This document shows positions 61,521 to 64,000 of a stretch of 64,000 nt of DNA, in pieces. Source of the stretch: Lama guanicoe (taxonomy: Eukaryota); assembly GCA_013239625.1 (NCBI GenBank), contig MU054400.1:4031802-4095801 (forward strand), in the 5' to 3' direction. How positions within the stretch are numbered: the first letter of the stretch is position 1; every line of letters begins with the position of its first letter. The position numbers and the translations under genes are program-made. The notes beneath the pieces were generated by a model. The model ran no database searches, was not told the origin of the DNA, and worked only from the letters and a program-made list of their open reading frames with translations.

Positions 61521-61862
61521 AGGTGAAAGGGTGTGTGAGATCTAGCTTCGGCCTCGTAGGCTCGCCAGCTGGCTTCATTCCAGAGCCCACTCATTTGGCC
61601 CCTAACCAGACTAGATATGTGCTGTGGTTCTAAGACAGGAGCAATACCTAAGGGTGATAATGGTTAGTAGAGTCTTTGCGGAGGACGCTAGGCTTGGGCT
61701 GGTCATGTAGAGAGGGGAGAGTCTAGAAAAGAAGCCCACCAGTCAGGGCTGGCTGCCCTCAGCTCTCTCTCGTGTCTCCAAACTAAAGCAGTAGTCACTT
61801 TTCCTACCTTTTCTTACCTTTGCTTGAATATACTTAATTTATCAGAAACCCCCACGCTCCCT

Positions 61863-61936
61863 GGGCATGTGCGCACACACATATGACGGGCGTGTGCGCA
61901 CACACATATGACACGTGTGTGCACGTGCATGCACGC
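61863..61936. repeat. 25-bp tandem duplication within an alternating purine-pyrimidine tract
   Basis: GGGC(A/G)TGTGCGCACACACATATGAC x2 (61863-61887, 61888-61912) then ACGTGTGTGCACGTGCATGCACGC. Confidence 0.9.
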
Positions 61937-63799
61937 TCGCCAAACTCCACGCTCTTTAGAACCAAAAGAGATTTGTTGGGAAGTTTATTGGTTTTTTGCA
62001 GCTCCACCATTGGAGTGTGATCTTGTGGAATAGTGTAAGCTCTTTAGGGGTAAACTTTTTCGTTTGATCTTAAATGTTTGCCACGTTGGTCTGGTAGACA
62101 AATGTCTCTAGAATCTTTGTGGTAGTGGTAAATGCTCAGCTCGGATCACCAAACATTTGTTGAGGACCTACTCCATGCCAGGTGCTGGGAAAGGTACTGT
62201 CTGAACGAAGATGGGTAAGTTACATGCTGGCCTTCCGGGAGCACGTCTGTAACCAAAATAAAGTTTCCTGGGTCAGCTTAGTCTGCGTTTTCAAAATCGG
62301 ACATATGCTTTATTTCAGGTCCTTCCAGTTCCTGAAAGTCCAGTTGCACATGGGCTCAGGCCCGAGCGAGCCAGGCTCACTGCCTAATCCAGGGAGGCTC
62401 CACCTTGCTCTCAGTTAGCTGCCTCACTAGGAGAGCAGGCAGAAGTCAAGACCTGGGCTTTACTGTCATTCTCAAGTGGTCATGGGTAGCTGGAGACTTT
62501 GAAATGGACAAAGATTATTTATGGATAGAAAGCATTTAGAGGATCAAGTCTCAGGAATGAAAATCCAAGAGGAGAAATAAATGGGGAATGCGTCCCAGGG
62601 AGATGAATAATATTTACTAGAGTATGTTTGTTTCAAGACAGATTCCTACGTTTTACTGCTTATAGTGGTAATCTTCGTGGGAAATTTTGGCCTTGAAGAA
62701 AGGATTTGTGGAGTAAGTCTGGTGTGTGAAATGCTACGTGGTTGGCATCTGCGTGCTGGGAGAGGGGCCTGGGTGGCTTCTCGGGGGCACCATACTCCTA
62801 TATGTGCCGGAGACGTGGTTTCTTTCCTCCTCTGGTTCTCCTAGAAGCCTTCCCTTTAGCAAATATTTTCTTAAGCACCATTATGTACCTGGAACTATGG
62901 GAAGCAAGAGGCTATGAGGATGAGCCAGATACACACAGGCCTGCCGGGGAGACACACATGAAGCAAATGGTTATCCAGTAAATCACTGATTTTACTTGTA
63001 GTAAATACTATGAGTGCTGTTAAGAAGAAACACACAGCAGTAGATCTTTTGGCCACCTCCATATAAAGGTGGAAGCTGACTGTGTCCTGGGTTCCAGGCC
63101 TGGGTTTGTCTTTACTGACTGAGCAGGATGCGGTCAGGTTGAGCTTGGACAATGGGGATTCCAGTCCTGGCTATTCCTCCAGATCTGTGTTTTCCCCATC
63201 TCCATCTTTTCGGTCATTCCCACTCTTCTCCTCTTAGTCCCACATAGACGGTGATCGCCTTTAGGTCTGGGATCGTGATCTGAGCTCCAAGAACCAATGC
63301 TCTGCACAGTACATAGCAAATGCCAAATAAATGTTAGTTCAGTTGACCTGCAGACCTTCCTGCTGCATCTCTGCTTCTGAGTATAGACTTCAGCTGGGCA
63401 GAGGGGCTGTGGGTCCTATCCCGGTGTTATTCTTCAGTGAGACCTTTCACTGAGCATCCCTCACCACGGGATCTAGCTGAGAGATCCAGATAGGAGCTGA
63501 GTGAGGGAGAAGGTTTCTGCTCCAGGTCCTCCGGAGGGTGATGCAGGTTGTGTGCAGATCCCTTCTACCCGGCTCTCAAGGGATGTGAAAGGTTTGAATG
63601 TCAGCTTTGCTCTGGAGGGGTTTCAGAATCAGACTGATGGCTACATCTTGGCCAGCACCTTCCAGATTCTCTCTGAGGGGCCTCCAACATGTCCAGATGG
63701 AAGACATCAGTGTTTCATGGAAAACATAATGTAATACAATCTTAACTCTACATTCCCCCAGTCAGAAAATAAATCATTTCCCCTTGCATTCTTTAGGTC

Positions 63800-64000
63800 A
63801 CTACCATCCACTCCCAAACATTACTGCTACCCTAGAATCCAGCTTTCTTTCCACCACTACTTGCTTTCTCTCCACGCTCAGATGCCCTACTGCGTCTCCT
63901 AAACATATTATACATTTCTCCCTCTTCTCATTCTCTGTTACAGATTACTTAGAACAGACAACTGGTCACCCTGCCTCCAGCTCATGCAGTCCCTCCCCAG
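63800..64000 (+). mobile_element. Probable L2 remnant running off the window
   Basis: CTCCTAAACAT..CCCTCTTCTCATT..GATTACTT..AACTGGTCACCCTGCCTCCAG. Confidence 0.45.

Noticed and set aside
1..64000. CRISPR arrays, operons, rRNA, or intact retroviral gag/pol/env
   Set aside because: The DNA is mammalian; I saw no regularly spaced repeat-spacer array, no rRNA-like sequence, and only solo LTRs without internal ERV coding sequence.

Overview
Mammalian genomic DNA, most likely a camelid. The evidence is one tRNA-derived vic-1-type SINE at 14712-14826 and cetartiodactyl-type L1 3' ends; I saw no Alu, Bov-tA/BovB, PRE-1 or SINEC. The window reads as intergenic or deep-intronic sequence and I recognise no cellular protein-coding gene or RNA gene. 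The only ORFs with identifiable homology are decayed L1 ORF1/ORF2 pieces and a hAT transposase C-terminal remnant. A large share of the window is interspersed repeat: L1, L2, MIR, MaLR/ERVL/ERV1 solo LTRs, hAT DNA transposons and microsatellites. Subfamily names come from recalled consensus similarity, and boundaries are approximate unless a TSD or TIR is cited. I found no convincing new biological system. The best leads are: (i) a TSD-flanked 3.67-kb L1 with both ends intact but two large internal deletions, a candidate non-autonomous family; (ii) a 12-nt microexon-like splice architecture on the minus strand; (iii) several repeat-free homeodomain/FOX motif clusters resembling developmental enhancers; (iv) perfected inverted repeats inside old L1s, suggesting template-switch mutations.
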